Of a stretch of 32,000 nt of DNA, positions 18,211-26,247 are shown piece after piece. Numbering within the stretch: position 1 is the stretch's first letter; each line of letters starts with the position of its first letter. The stretch covers positions 1,408,175-1,440,174 of the forward strand of contig NC_013385.1 of NCBI RefSeq assembly GCF_000024605.1. The letters are read 5' to 3'. This stretch comes from Ammonifex degensii KC4 (GTDB lineage: Bacteria > Bacillota > Desulfotomaculia > Desulfotomaculales > Ammonificaceae). Below the pieces are notes generated by a model. That model saw only the letters and a program-made list of their open reading frames with translations, was not told the DNA's origin and searched no databases. A program made the translations under genes and the position numbers.

Positions 18211-18426
18211 ATGCGGCGCGAAGCACCTATCCTACACGTGGACGTAAAAACGGGCGAAATCTTAATAAACCGGCTGGATGAGTTGGGCCTGGTGACCTCG
18301 GGCGAGGAAAGGATCGACCGCACGGTGCCTCCCGATGTCTCCCATCCCGAACTCGATCGCTGGCTTATGCGCGAACGTCCCAAGCGCCAGATAACTGCCG
18401 TGCTCCGCTCGGTGTTGGCTTCTTAA
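18211..18426 (+). CDS. hypothetical 71-aa protein
   Basis: ATG 18211 is preceded by GAAGGGGGTGGGAAGC, with a candidate promoter upstream and a hairpin downstream. No family recognised. Confidence 0.35.
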   Translation: MRREAPILHVDVKTGEILINRLDELGLVTSGEERIDRTVPPDVSHPELDRWLMRERPKRQITAVLRSVLAS

Positions 18427-18436
18427 AAGATTTCAA

Positions 18437-18462
18437 AAGGGGAGCCCGTAAAAGCTCCCCTT
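18437..18462 (-). terminator. intrinsic terminator between convergent genes
   Basis: AAGGGGAGC-8 nt loop-GCTCCCCTT. A T-rich run (TTTTGAAATCTTTT) follows on the minus strand, downstream of the 18465 gene. Confidence 0.5.
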
Positions 18463-18464
18463 AG

Positions 18465-18794
18465 TTAATTTAGGTTGAGCTCCAGCATAAGGTCAACTAT
18501 CTTTCCCGCCACTCTTCCCGCGCCACACTTAGCCGAGGTACATAAAAGTCGGCTCAGCATCTGCAAAAGTTCCCGGTCTTCCGGCGAAAGTTCTTCTTTT
18601 TCTAGAAGTGAGCTTAAGGCAGCGGTCCCCATGTGTCCTACCGCACACTCGCCACAGCACTCCTGGGAAGCAAAATGCAAAAACTGCACGAGCACTTCTT
18701 TGAGCGGCGTCTCCTTGGTTACCGGAGGCCCGCTGCTTATCCCCATCACGCCCACCAGTCGTGCTATCTCGCCGGGATCAAGCCTTACTGTCAT
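18465..18794 (-). CDS. stand-alone NuoF-type 4Fe-4S-binding domain protein (variant Cys motif)
   Basis: ASQECCGECAVGHMG aligns with NuoF ESCGKCTPCREG, and the distal SAKCGAG aligns with S.CALG. 109 aa; SD AAAGGAGG upstream. Confidence 0.6.
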   Translation of the reverse strand: MTVRLDPGEIARLVGVMGISSGPPVTKETPLKEVLVQFLHFASQECCGECAVGHMGTAALSSLLEKEELSPEDRELLQMLSRLLCTSAKCGAGRVAGKIVDLMLELNLN

Positions 18795-18809
18795 CGTGCC
18801 AGTCCTCCT

Positions 18810-21242
18810 TTACCTGCCGGACTTCATCTCTTTAAGCCGCTTGTGCATATCGTTGACCGCGTCCACCCAGGCCCCGCCCGCCATCGATCCTATCTCCAGG
18901 AAGGCGAAACGGCGCGGGTCTATCCCCATGAGGGGTAGGAACTTCTCCCATATGGCCATGCGCCTGGCGACATGGACGTTGCCGTCGTGGTGATGGCAGT
19001 TGTATGGCGGACAGTAGCCCACGATGACCCCGTCGGCGCCATGAGCGAAGGCCTGAACCACGTACTGGGGGCTGACGCTGCCGCCACAGCGCACCCTGAT
19101 GATGCGCGTCCCTACCGGGTAGGAAAGCCGGGCCACACCTGCCATATCGGCCCCGGAATAGGCACACCAGTAGCAGAGGAAACCAACTATCCTGGGCTCG
19201 TCCGGCGGGACGTGTTTGAAGGCCACAGCGAGCTCCTTCTCCACCGACTCCTCGTTGAAGTTAGTTATCCTTATGGCACCCGTAGGACAGGCCGTGGTGC
19301 ATAGCCCGCAACCCTGGCAGAAAGCGGGGCTGGTGTAGTAGGTGCCGTCTTCCCGCCGCTGGATCACGCCGTGGGGACAGACTTTGGCGCAAAAACCGCA
19401 GCCACTGCACTTCTGAGGATCGACCTCGGCATAGTAGTCGAGCACCTCCACCTTCCCCTGCCGGTGATAAGGGAGGGCCCGTGCCACTGCCGCACTGGCT
19501 TCGGCGACACTGGGACTTACGGAGTTAAGGCCGGCTGCCGCTCCGACCACATAGAGCCGATGCACCGTTGATTCCGTGGGGCGGAAGACCCGGCAGCCCG
19601 GCGTATCGCCGTAAGGACCCTGGTTTATAGCGGGCAAACCCCACATGTCAAGCTTAAAGCCGAAAAGTTCAGCCAGGTTCGGTATATCCTTCCGGCTGCC
19701 CAGGGCAGTCGCTAGGACCAGGAGATCGGTCCGGAGCTTGAAGCCAGTGCCGGCAGCCCCCTCTAGGAACTCCACGTGAACCTCCAGAGTTTCCTCTTCT
19801 GCTGCCCGGGAAAGAGCAGTAACCCGGCCGCGTATTAGGTTTACCCCCGGCTGGTCCTTGATCCGACGGAAGAACTCCTCTGCCATTGGTCCGTTAGCCC
19901 GAATGTGAGAATAGATCAAGTTTATCTCCAGCTTGGGATTGAAGCGCTTGAGCAGGAAGATTTGCTTGAGGGTGTAAGCACAACAAATTTTGGAGCAGTA
20001 GGCTTTGGGCCCCTCCAGGGGCTGGAAGGGGAAACAGCCGTACTCACAGCGAGGATCGATCTCTCCCGTCTTCTCCCGCGACCCGCAGCAGAGCACGAAG
20101 GTAACGCTGCGGGGCTTGAAAGGCAACCGCTGGAGTTGAAAGCCGTATCTTTCCAGTTTAAGCGAGGTTATAATGCGCGAATCCCAGACCTCTTCCAAAA
20201 AGTCCAGCTTGACAGCAGGTATGGGGAGTTCCTCAAAGCCGGTGGCTAGCACCACACTGCCCACCCGCAGGGTTCTTTCCTGTGGTGCCGCCTGGAGATC
20301 TATGGCTTGAGCCGGACAGGCTCCGACGCAAGCCCCGCAGCGGGTGCAGGAATTGGGATCGATGGTGTAGCCCGGGGGTAGGGCCATGGGATGGGGCTTG
20401 TAGGCGGCCTTGCGGCGGCTAATTCCCATATCGAAATCGTTTTCCACTTCCACCGGACAGATTGCCGCGCAGCGCCCGCACTCCACGCACTTCTGGGAAT
20501 TGACAAACTGCGGCTCCTGCCAGAGGGTAACCAGGAAATTACCCCCGTCCTTTTTTACCTCCTTTACCCAGGTTCTGGTGAGCACCGTTATGTTGGGGTG
20601 GAGGTTGACGAGCTTCCCGATGTTGGGCATGATGCAGGAAGTAGCGCAGGAGGAAGGCCAGCTTTCATTCTGGTAAAGCATCTCCAACCGGGCCATCTGT
20701 CCACCGAGGTGCGACTCCTTCTCCACCAGCGTCACCTTTATGCCATTTCTGGCGTAGTCCAGCGCCGCCTGCATACCCGCCGGCCCTCCACCTATCACCA
20801 AAGCCTCATCGGCGATTTTGTAAGAGGCCGGATTACGCGGGCGGTTGTAAAGGACTCGCGCATGAGCCATGGCCACCAGGTCCACGGCCTTACCGGTGGC
20901 CAGCTCCTTTTGGCCGGGGTGGATCCAGGCACACTGCTCCCTTATGTTGGCTATTTCTAAAGCCGTTGTATCGCGCCCCACCTCGCGCAGCGCCCGCTTG
21001 AAGCGGAGTTCCGGAGCTGCCAGGCTGGAGCGTGGGGAACAGCCCGCCACCACCACGCGGTCAAGCTCCAGCTCCTGCACCATCTTCTGGAATAAGGCCA
21101 CACCCTCCTCCTGGCAAAGAAGAGAGTGGCGCTTGACGGTCACCACGCCGGGAAGCCGGCCACACTCCTCCACCAGGCGGTCAAAGTCCAGGTCCTGCGC
21201 CAAAGTGCCTTGGCAGTCGCAAACGAAGATCCCTACGCGCAA
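18810..21242 (-). CDS. hdrA: HdrA-like FAD/FeS oxidoreductase fused to a C-terminal MvhD (FlpD) domain
   Basis: FAD fold VIGGGPAGMQAALDYARNGIKVTLVEKESHLGGQ. HdrA Cys signature CCGSRE...YCSKICC. Ferredoxin motifs CVECGRCAAICP, CTRCGACVGACP, CSGCGFCAKVCP and CQGCGLCTTACP. MvhD-like FLCYWCAYSGADMAG...RVRCGGSVSPQYVVQAFAHGADGVIVGYC. TTG start 21242 with AGGGAGG upstream. Confidence 0.9.
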   Translation of the reverse strand: MRVGIFVCDCQGTLAQDLDFDRLVEECGRLPGVVTVKRHSLLCQEEGVALFQKMVQELELDRVVVAGCSPRSSLAAPELRFKRALREVGRDTTALEIANIREQCAWIHPGQKELATGKAVDLVAMAHARVLYNRPRNPASYKIADEALVIGGGPAGMQAALDYARNGIKVTLVEKESHLGGQMARLEMLYQNESWPSSCATSCIMPNIGKLVNLHPNITVLTRTWVKEVKKDGGNFLVTLWQEPQFVNSQKCVECGRCAAICPVEVENDFDMGISRRKAAYKPHPMALPPGYTIDPNSCTRCGACVGACPAQAIDLQAAPQERTLRVGSVVLATGFEELPIPAVKLDFLEEVWDSRIITSLKLERYGFQLQRLPFKPRSVTFVLCCGSREKTGEIDPRCEYGCFPFQPLEGPKAYCSKICCAYTLKQIFLLKRFNPKLEINLIYSHIRANGPMAEEFFRRIKDQPGVNLIRGRVTALSRAAEEETLEVHVEFLEGAAGTGFKLRTDLLVLATALGSRKDIPNLAELFGFKLDMWGLPAINQGPYGDTPGCRVFRPTESTVHRLYVVGAAAGLNSVSPSVAEASAAVARALPYHRQGKVEVLDYYAEVDPQKCSGCGFCAKVCPHGVIQRREDGTYYTSPAFCQGCGLCTTACPTGAIRITNFNEESVEKELAVAFKHVPPDEPRIVGFLCYWCAYSGADMAGVARLSYPVGTRIIRVRCGGSVSPQYVVQAFAHGADGVIVGYCPPYNCHHHDGNVHVARRMAIWEKFLPLMGIDPRRFAFLEIGSMAGGAWVDAVNDMHKRLKEMKSGR

Positions 21243-21289
21243 GAAAGCATTCCTCCCTTCGTGAGCTCTACCTCCGGGAGTATCTTGCT

Positions 21290-21976
21290 CTAAAGTCTAA
21301 CACTTCCTACCTGCCTCGACAAGCTTTTTTCACCAAAGGAAAGAGCCTGGCGGGGGCAGGCCGCCACGCAGGAGCCGCATTTCAGGCAGTCGCCGTCCCC
21401 CATTACTCCTTGCTGGCGGAAAAAGTGGGGCTGGAGCTTGAGGGGGCAGAAGCGGGAGCACACCCCACAACCCACGCAGGAGGGGGCCACCAGAAGCGGC
21501 TTCTTCCCGCGACCGAATAAGTTCGCCAAGGTGCCCATAGGACAGATCAGGCACCAGGCACGCGGGTGGAAAATGAGCCCCAGCAAAACGCCCACCAGGG
21601 TGGTCACGGTTAAAACCTTAACCAGCGCCAACCCCATGGCGGGAATATTCCCCCAGTTAAGGTACCACTGGACGCCTATGACGGCAAAAATCAGGATCAA
21701 AAAGAAGATCCTCACAGGCCAACTCCTGAAGAAAGCAGGGGTGGAGCGCTTGGCCGAGAGAGAGGACAAAAACAGATCGAAAAAGGCACCGCGGGGACAC
21801 ATCCAGTCGCACCAGGCCCGCCCCCGCGAAAAGGAAAGACCCACCGCCCCCAGCATGCATCCCAGCAGCAGGAAGCCCAGCCACGGATAAAACCACCCCC
21901 CTACCGCTACCAAGGGAAGCCCGATCCAGGTGTAGAGCTGGCGCTTCCTTCTCTCAAGAAGCTTTTCCCGCAGCAA
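21290..21976 (-). CDS. NapH/MauN-like integral-membrane polyferredoxin
   Basis: TM helices with CDWMCPRG and CLICPMG motifs, plus C-terminal CVGCGVCSRFCP and CLKCGSCVAACP. Start set at TTG 21976 (GGAGGAGG 7 nt upstream). The ORF-track start at 22042 lies inside the promoter. Confidence 0.75.
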   Translation of the reverse strand: MLREKLLERRKRQLYTWIGLPLVAVGGWFYPWLGFLLLGCMLGAVGLSFSRGRAWCDWMCPRGAFFDLFLSSLSAKRSTPAFFRSWPVRIFFLILIFAVIGVQWYLNWGNIPAMGLALVKVLTVTTLVGVLLGLIFHPRAWCLICPMGTLANLFGRGKKPLLVAPSCVGCGVCSRFCPLKLQPHFFRQQGVMGDGDCLKCGSCVAACPRQALSFGEKSLSRQVGSVRL

Positions 21977-22019
21977 ACTCTCGCCTCCTCCGATATACCC
22001 TATGGGGTATCTAGAAGCA

Positions 22020-22049
22020 ATTATAGAAGCCTCCCCTCCCACCTGTCAA
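22020..22049 (-). promoter_or_regulatory. near-consensus sigma-70-type promoter upstream of the NapH-like gene
   Basis: Minus strand reads TTGACA (22049..22044)-18 nt-TATAAT (22025..22020). Confidence 0.55.
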
Positions 22050-22084
22050 CTGGTGGAAGCGGGAGGCTCCAAATTTTCAACGCG

Positions 22085-24631
22085 CTAGCTCTGGGTTGCG
22101 TTCTCCCCGGTTTCCTGTTCTTCTAGAGCTTTAACCTTTTCCTCGTACCACACCGGATGGTGAACCTTGGCCCACTCGGGCGAGACCTTGCCTGTCACCA
22201 GCAGGCGCCAGGTACCGGGGTTGGCCAGCGTGCCCAGGTAGGCGTGGCCCAGCACCGCCAGGATCAAGATCAGCGCTGAGATACCGTGCAGTGGCACCAT
22301 CCAGTGCCAGAGGGCCGGACTTACCTTCTGGCCGAAGATCATTACCACGCCGCTTATGCCGATAGCCAGGGTGAGGAAGGTGGTCAGCCAGTAGAAAAGC
22401 TTCTGTCCGGCGTTGAACTTGCCTGCCGGGGCATGCACCTCCCGGCGGCTGAAGTAGCCGCCCATGACCCGCAGCCACTCCCGGTCGTAGGAAGCGAAGC
22501 GAGCGTCCTTCCACCACCGTACGATGGCCCACAGGGAGCTCAACCCGAAAACCAAACCCATCGACCAGTGCCACACTCGCGCCGTCTCGTAGCTGCCGAA
22601 GAGAAACTCTATTGCTCCCACACGGTGGAAGGCGAAGAGCAGACCGGTAACCGCCAGGAAGATGAAGCTCAGCATCCTCACCAAGTGAACCACACGCTCA
22701 TCCAGGGAGAAGAGTTCTAGCCCAGCTGGGCACTGGGTGAGGCAAGTTCCCCGCGGCCCGATGACCACGTAGTGCAGGGAGAAAGCCAGGAGCAAGCCCG
22801 CCAGCAGCAGGGCGAAAAGCGGCGAGAGAAGGGTCAGGTACAGGTTGGTGAAGGAGAAGCTGAGCGGCGTCCAGCCCAGAAGCCAGGCCTGCTTGATCGT
22901 GACCGGCTTCCCGTCAGGGCCGTAGGGATCGACCACTATATCCTGGTAAAGCTTTCCCTGCTTGCTGTGGCAATCGGAGCAACCCTTGGCACCCAGAGCC
23001 ATCCCCGTCGGCGACACGTTGTGGTTGATGCAGAAAGTAGGCTCCTCCAGACTCGGATCCTCAGTCGCCTTCAGATTGCCGTTTCGGTCAAGCTCCCAGA
23101 CCTTCCCGCCCTTGTAATAGACAGGCGAGATCTGCTTGAAACGGCCGGGATTCTTTGCAAGCACCTGCCGGCAGGTGGTAAGCAGGAGTTTGATCTCCTC
23201 CGGCGTGTTTACCTCGGGCACGCCGTCGCCGTTATCGTCGCGGATCTTGCCCTTCAGCCGCTCCCAGACGGGCTTGATCTCCTTGAAGAAGAGCGGATAG
23301 ATTATCCCGTCCGCGTCGCGGTTACCCACCCACACTGCATGGATGACGTTTACCGGCTGGATCAAGCCCTTACGGGGATGCCTTAGCCACTGCGGCTGCC
23401 AAACGGCGGCGTCTCCTATCTTCTTACCCACCAGCGGCACGTCCACCATGGTTCCGGTGACCACATCGGCCGCCAGATCAGGGGCCCGGCCGATCTGGGG
23501 GATGTGGCAGGCCTCGCATGCCAGGCGCTTCAGGTGGCTGGGCGGGATTTTCTCATGCTTGGGCCGCGGTGCACCCATGATCCCCTTTTCGTGGCACTCC
23601 CGGCAGGAGTAGACGGTGTTCCGGAGCTCTGACGCAACAGTCTCCCCTAGATCGTCCCCCATGGCTATCTGGTGGTTGATGGTAGCGATCCCCTTAGCCT
23701 GATCGTTCACGAGAAAGTGGCAGGTAGTGCACTTGAGCCCGCGCTGCTGGTGAAGATCGGGATTCAGCCGATCGCCCCAGCTGAAACCACGCTTCTTCTG
23801 GTCGGAGATACCGTGGCAGAAAAGGCAGTTTCTAGGCTCCGGACTGGTTACGAAGGCAGCGTGGCTTATGGTGCCGTCGGGGTTAAACTTCTTGAGATCG
23901 TACTTCACCTTGGGCGTTTCCCCTTGGGCCACCGCTCCGGTCACCTGCCCCAAGCCCGCTCCCACGGTGGCCGCCCACTTATAGTTGCGCAACTTCAGTT
24001 GTTTGGTCCGCGCTTGCCAGTCATAACCGGGATAGTGGCAGAGCAGGCAGTCAGCCTCCACCACTCCGCTCTTGTCCCATGCGCTCTGGAAGTAATCCCC
24101 ATCCAAAGTGGTGCGCAGCTCCGGATTGGCCTTCAAACGCAGATCGTAGCGCTGGCCCTCCCGGTCGTACTCCATTCCTCCTCCGCCGGGGTGGCAGGAA
24201 CCGCAGGTAGGCTTCGGATCGGCAGGATTGCCAAATCCTATGAAGTCATAAGGAGTAAGGTCGATGGCTGCAGCGTTAGAGTTCTGCTTGGCCGCCAACT
24301 GGCGGTAGGAAGGTGGTCACCACTTCCCCATCATCCCGTTAGACAGGACCCAGGGCTTTTCCTTGCTGTAGCCGTCTTTGATGACATCCCAGCCCTGCTG
24401 AAAGTGGTAACCTTTGGTGATAGCCTCGTAATCGTGGCAGGCGCCGCAGGTCTGGCGGGGACTGTAGGGTTGATCGGCGTTCTCTCCCGTTACGGGGTTA
24501 ATGATGGCTCCCGTCTCGGTACGCAGGTAAAAGAACGGAGCCTTACCTGCTCCCCGCACCGCGGCCGGGAACGAGATCAACCCCACAAGCAGCAGCACAG
24601 TCAGGAAAGGTACCCCCTTCCGGTAGCGCAT
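22085..24631 (-). CDS. octaheme cytochrome c fused to an FdnI/PhsC-type cytochrome b; contains an in-frame TGA at 24319..24317 (candidate Sec/read-through, or a nonsense mutation)
   Basis: Signal peptide MRYRKGVPFLTVLLLVGLISFPAAVRGAG. Eight CxxCH motifs: CGACH | CGSCH, CLLCH, CLFCH, CTTCH, CRECH, CEACH, CSDCH. One linker TM and four cytochrome-b-like TMs (HLVRMLSFIFLAVTG, GKFNAGQKLFYW, HGISALILILAVLGHAYLG). The two track ORFs (24317..24631 and 22085..24298) share one frame. Confidence 0.75.
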
Positions 24632-24681
24632 TCTCCTCCCTCCCTTCGGCGAAAATTTTTAATATAACCCTTTGGTGTATG

Positions 24682-24711
24682 AGTATATACCCTGGGGTGT
24701 AAAGTAGTCAA
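24682..24711 (-). promoter_or_regulatory. candidate promoter of the cytochrome gene
   Basis: Minus strand reads TTGACT (24711..24706)-18 nt-TATACT (24687..24682). The imperfect palindrome TACACCC-CA-GGGTATA overlaps the spacer and -10 box. Confidence 0.35.
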
Positions 24712-24882
24712 AGCGCGCCCAAAGGAGAAAATAAGGAAGGAAATTTAGAACAAGAAAGCTGGCGCTGGAACTTGCCCCAATACTTCTCCCCAGGCTACCA
24801 ACCGCAAATTGCCTCCGCATTTCGGAGGAATGATAAGATTGAGAAAGGAACTCCTTCCACTCTGAAGTCGAGGAGGGAAAAA

Positions 24883-26244
24883 GTGAAGGTTAATTATGAT
24901 GTGGTGGTAATAGGTGGAGGAACAGCAGGAGTGACCGCCGCCACTACGGCGCGGCGCCACTACCCGGATAAAAAGGTTTTGCTTATCCGGCGGGAGGAAA
25001 AGACCCTTATCCCCTGCGGCATCCCCTACATGTTTGGAGTCTTAGACGATCCCTGCAAAAATGTAAATCCAGACTATATCCTGAGCATCCGGGGAATCGA
25101 AGTCAAAGTGGGAGAAGTAAAGGAGATCGTGCGGCAGGATAAAAAGCTGGTGATGACCTCAGGGGAGGAAATCGGTTATGACCGCCTAGTCCTGGCTACC
25201 GGTTCCCGCCCCGCCTTGCCCGCCATACCTGGCATCGACCAGGAAAACGTTTTTTGGATAAAGAAGGAGCTGCCCTATCTCCAGAAAGTGCTTGCCGCCC
25301 TGGCCGAAGCCCGCCGGGTAGTGATAATCGGCGGGGGATTCGTAGGAGTGGAACTGGCAGAGCAAATCAGAAAATACCGGCAACTGGAGGTCACCATAGT
25401 AGAAATTCTGCCTTATTGTCTCTACACTTCCTTCGACGAAGAGTTCTGCTTCGAAGCCGAGCGAGAACTCCAGGCCCTAGGGGTGGACATACTCACCGAA
25501 AAGAAAGTGGCGGAACTGGCCGGCAATGGCAAAGTAAAAGAGGTAAGGCTGGAAGACGGCACCGTGCTGCCCGCCGACGTGGTCATAATAACCACGGGGG
25601 TGCGGCCGGTGACCGAGCTGGCCGAGGCTGCCGGGCTTTCTCTGGGTCCCACCGGGGGAATCCTGGTGGACCGAACTATGGCCACCTCCGATCCTAACAT
25701 CTTCGCCTGCGGCGACTGCGCCGAAAAGTTCTCCTTCTTCGGCGGTAACCCGGTGCGTATACGCTTAGCCTCGGTGGCCGCCATGGAGGCGCGGGTAGCC
25801 GGCGCCAACCTCTTCGCCCGCCGCCGGGAGAACCCCGGTACGGTAGGGGTCTTCTCCACCAGGATCGGCGATAAGGCCTTCGGCGCCGCCGGGCTCATCG
25901 AGCGGATAGCCGAGGAGGAAGGATACGACGTGCTGCTGGGGGAGGCTTCTGCCCCCAACCGCCACCCTAGCGCCCTTCCCGGAACCTTCGACACCAAGGT
26001 GAAACTGGTGTTTGACCGCTACACCGGCATCCTGCTGGGAGGGCAAGCGGTAGGCAGCGAAAGCGTGGGCGAGCTCGTGAATCTCTTGAGCGCTTGTCTG
26101 CTGCACCGCATGACGGCCGTGGAAATGGCCGCCTTCCAGATGGGGACTCACCCCCTCCTCACCCCCTCCCCGCCGGCCTACCCGCTAGTAGTGGCGGCAG
26201 AGGAGGCAGCGGTGGCCAAGCTGGAGAAGAAACGGGAAGAGTAA
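24883..26244 (+). CDS. FAD-dependent pyridine nucleotide-disulfide oxidoreductase (NADH oxidase / CoA-disulfide reductase family)
   Basis: YDVVVIGGGTAGV, a single redox Cys in LIPCGIPYMF, a second dinucleotide fold VVIIGGGFVGVELAE, and ACGDCA. Start set at GTG 24883 (AGGAGGG 5 nt upstream). The ORF-track start at 24772 adds 37 unsupported residues. Confidence 0.85.
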   Translation: MKVNYDVVVIGGGTAGVTAATTARRHYPDKKVLLIRREEKTLIPCGIPYMFGVLDDPCKNVNPDYILSIRGIEVKVGEVKEIVRQDKKLVMTSGEEIGYDRLVLATGSRPALPAIPGIDQENVFWIKKELPYLQKVLAALAEARRVVIIGGGFVGVELAEQIRKYRQLEVTIVEILPYCLYTSFDEEFCFEAERELQALGVDILTEKKVAELAGNGKVKEVRLEDGTVLPADVVIITTGVRPVTELAEAAGLSLGPTGGILVDRTMATSDPNIFACGDCAEKFSFFGGNPVRIRLASVAAMEARVAGANLFARRRENPGTVGVFSTRIGDKAFGAAGLIERIAEEEGYDVLLGEASAPNRHPSALPGTFDTKVKLVFDRYTGILLGGQAVGSESVGELVNLLSACLLHRMTAVEMAAFQMGTHPLLTPSPPAYPLVVAAEEAAVAKLEKKREE

Positions 26245-26247
26245 AAA

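Noticed and set aside
22085-24298. Treating the 737-aa ORF and the 104-aa ORF (24317..24631) as two independent genes.
   Set aside because: They share a frame and are separated only by TGA plus 6 sense codons. The second has no SD and no signal peptide despite seven heme-attachment motifs. A single interrupted or recoded gene explains this better. A plain nonsense pseudogene cannot be excluded.
24812-24828. Hairpin CCTCCG-CATTT-CGGAGG in the leader of the Nox/CoADR gene as an SD-sequestering regulatory element.
   Set aside because: It lies about 45 nt upstream of the real SD (24871..24877) and does not pair with it. The stem is short and there is no supporting conservation.
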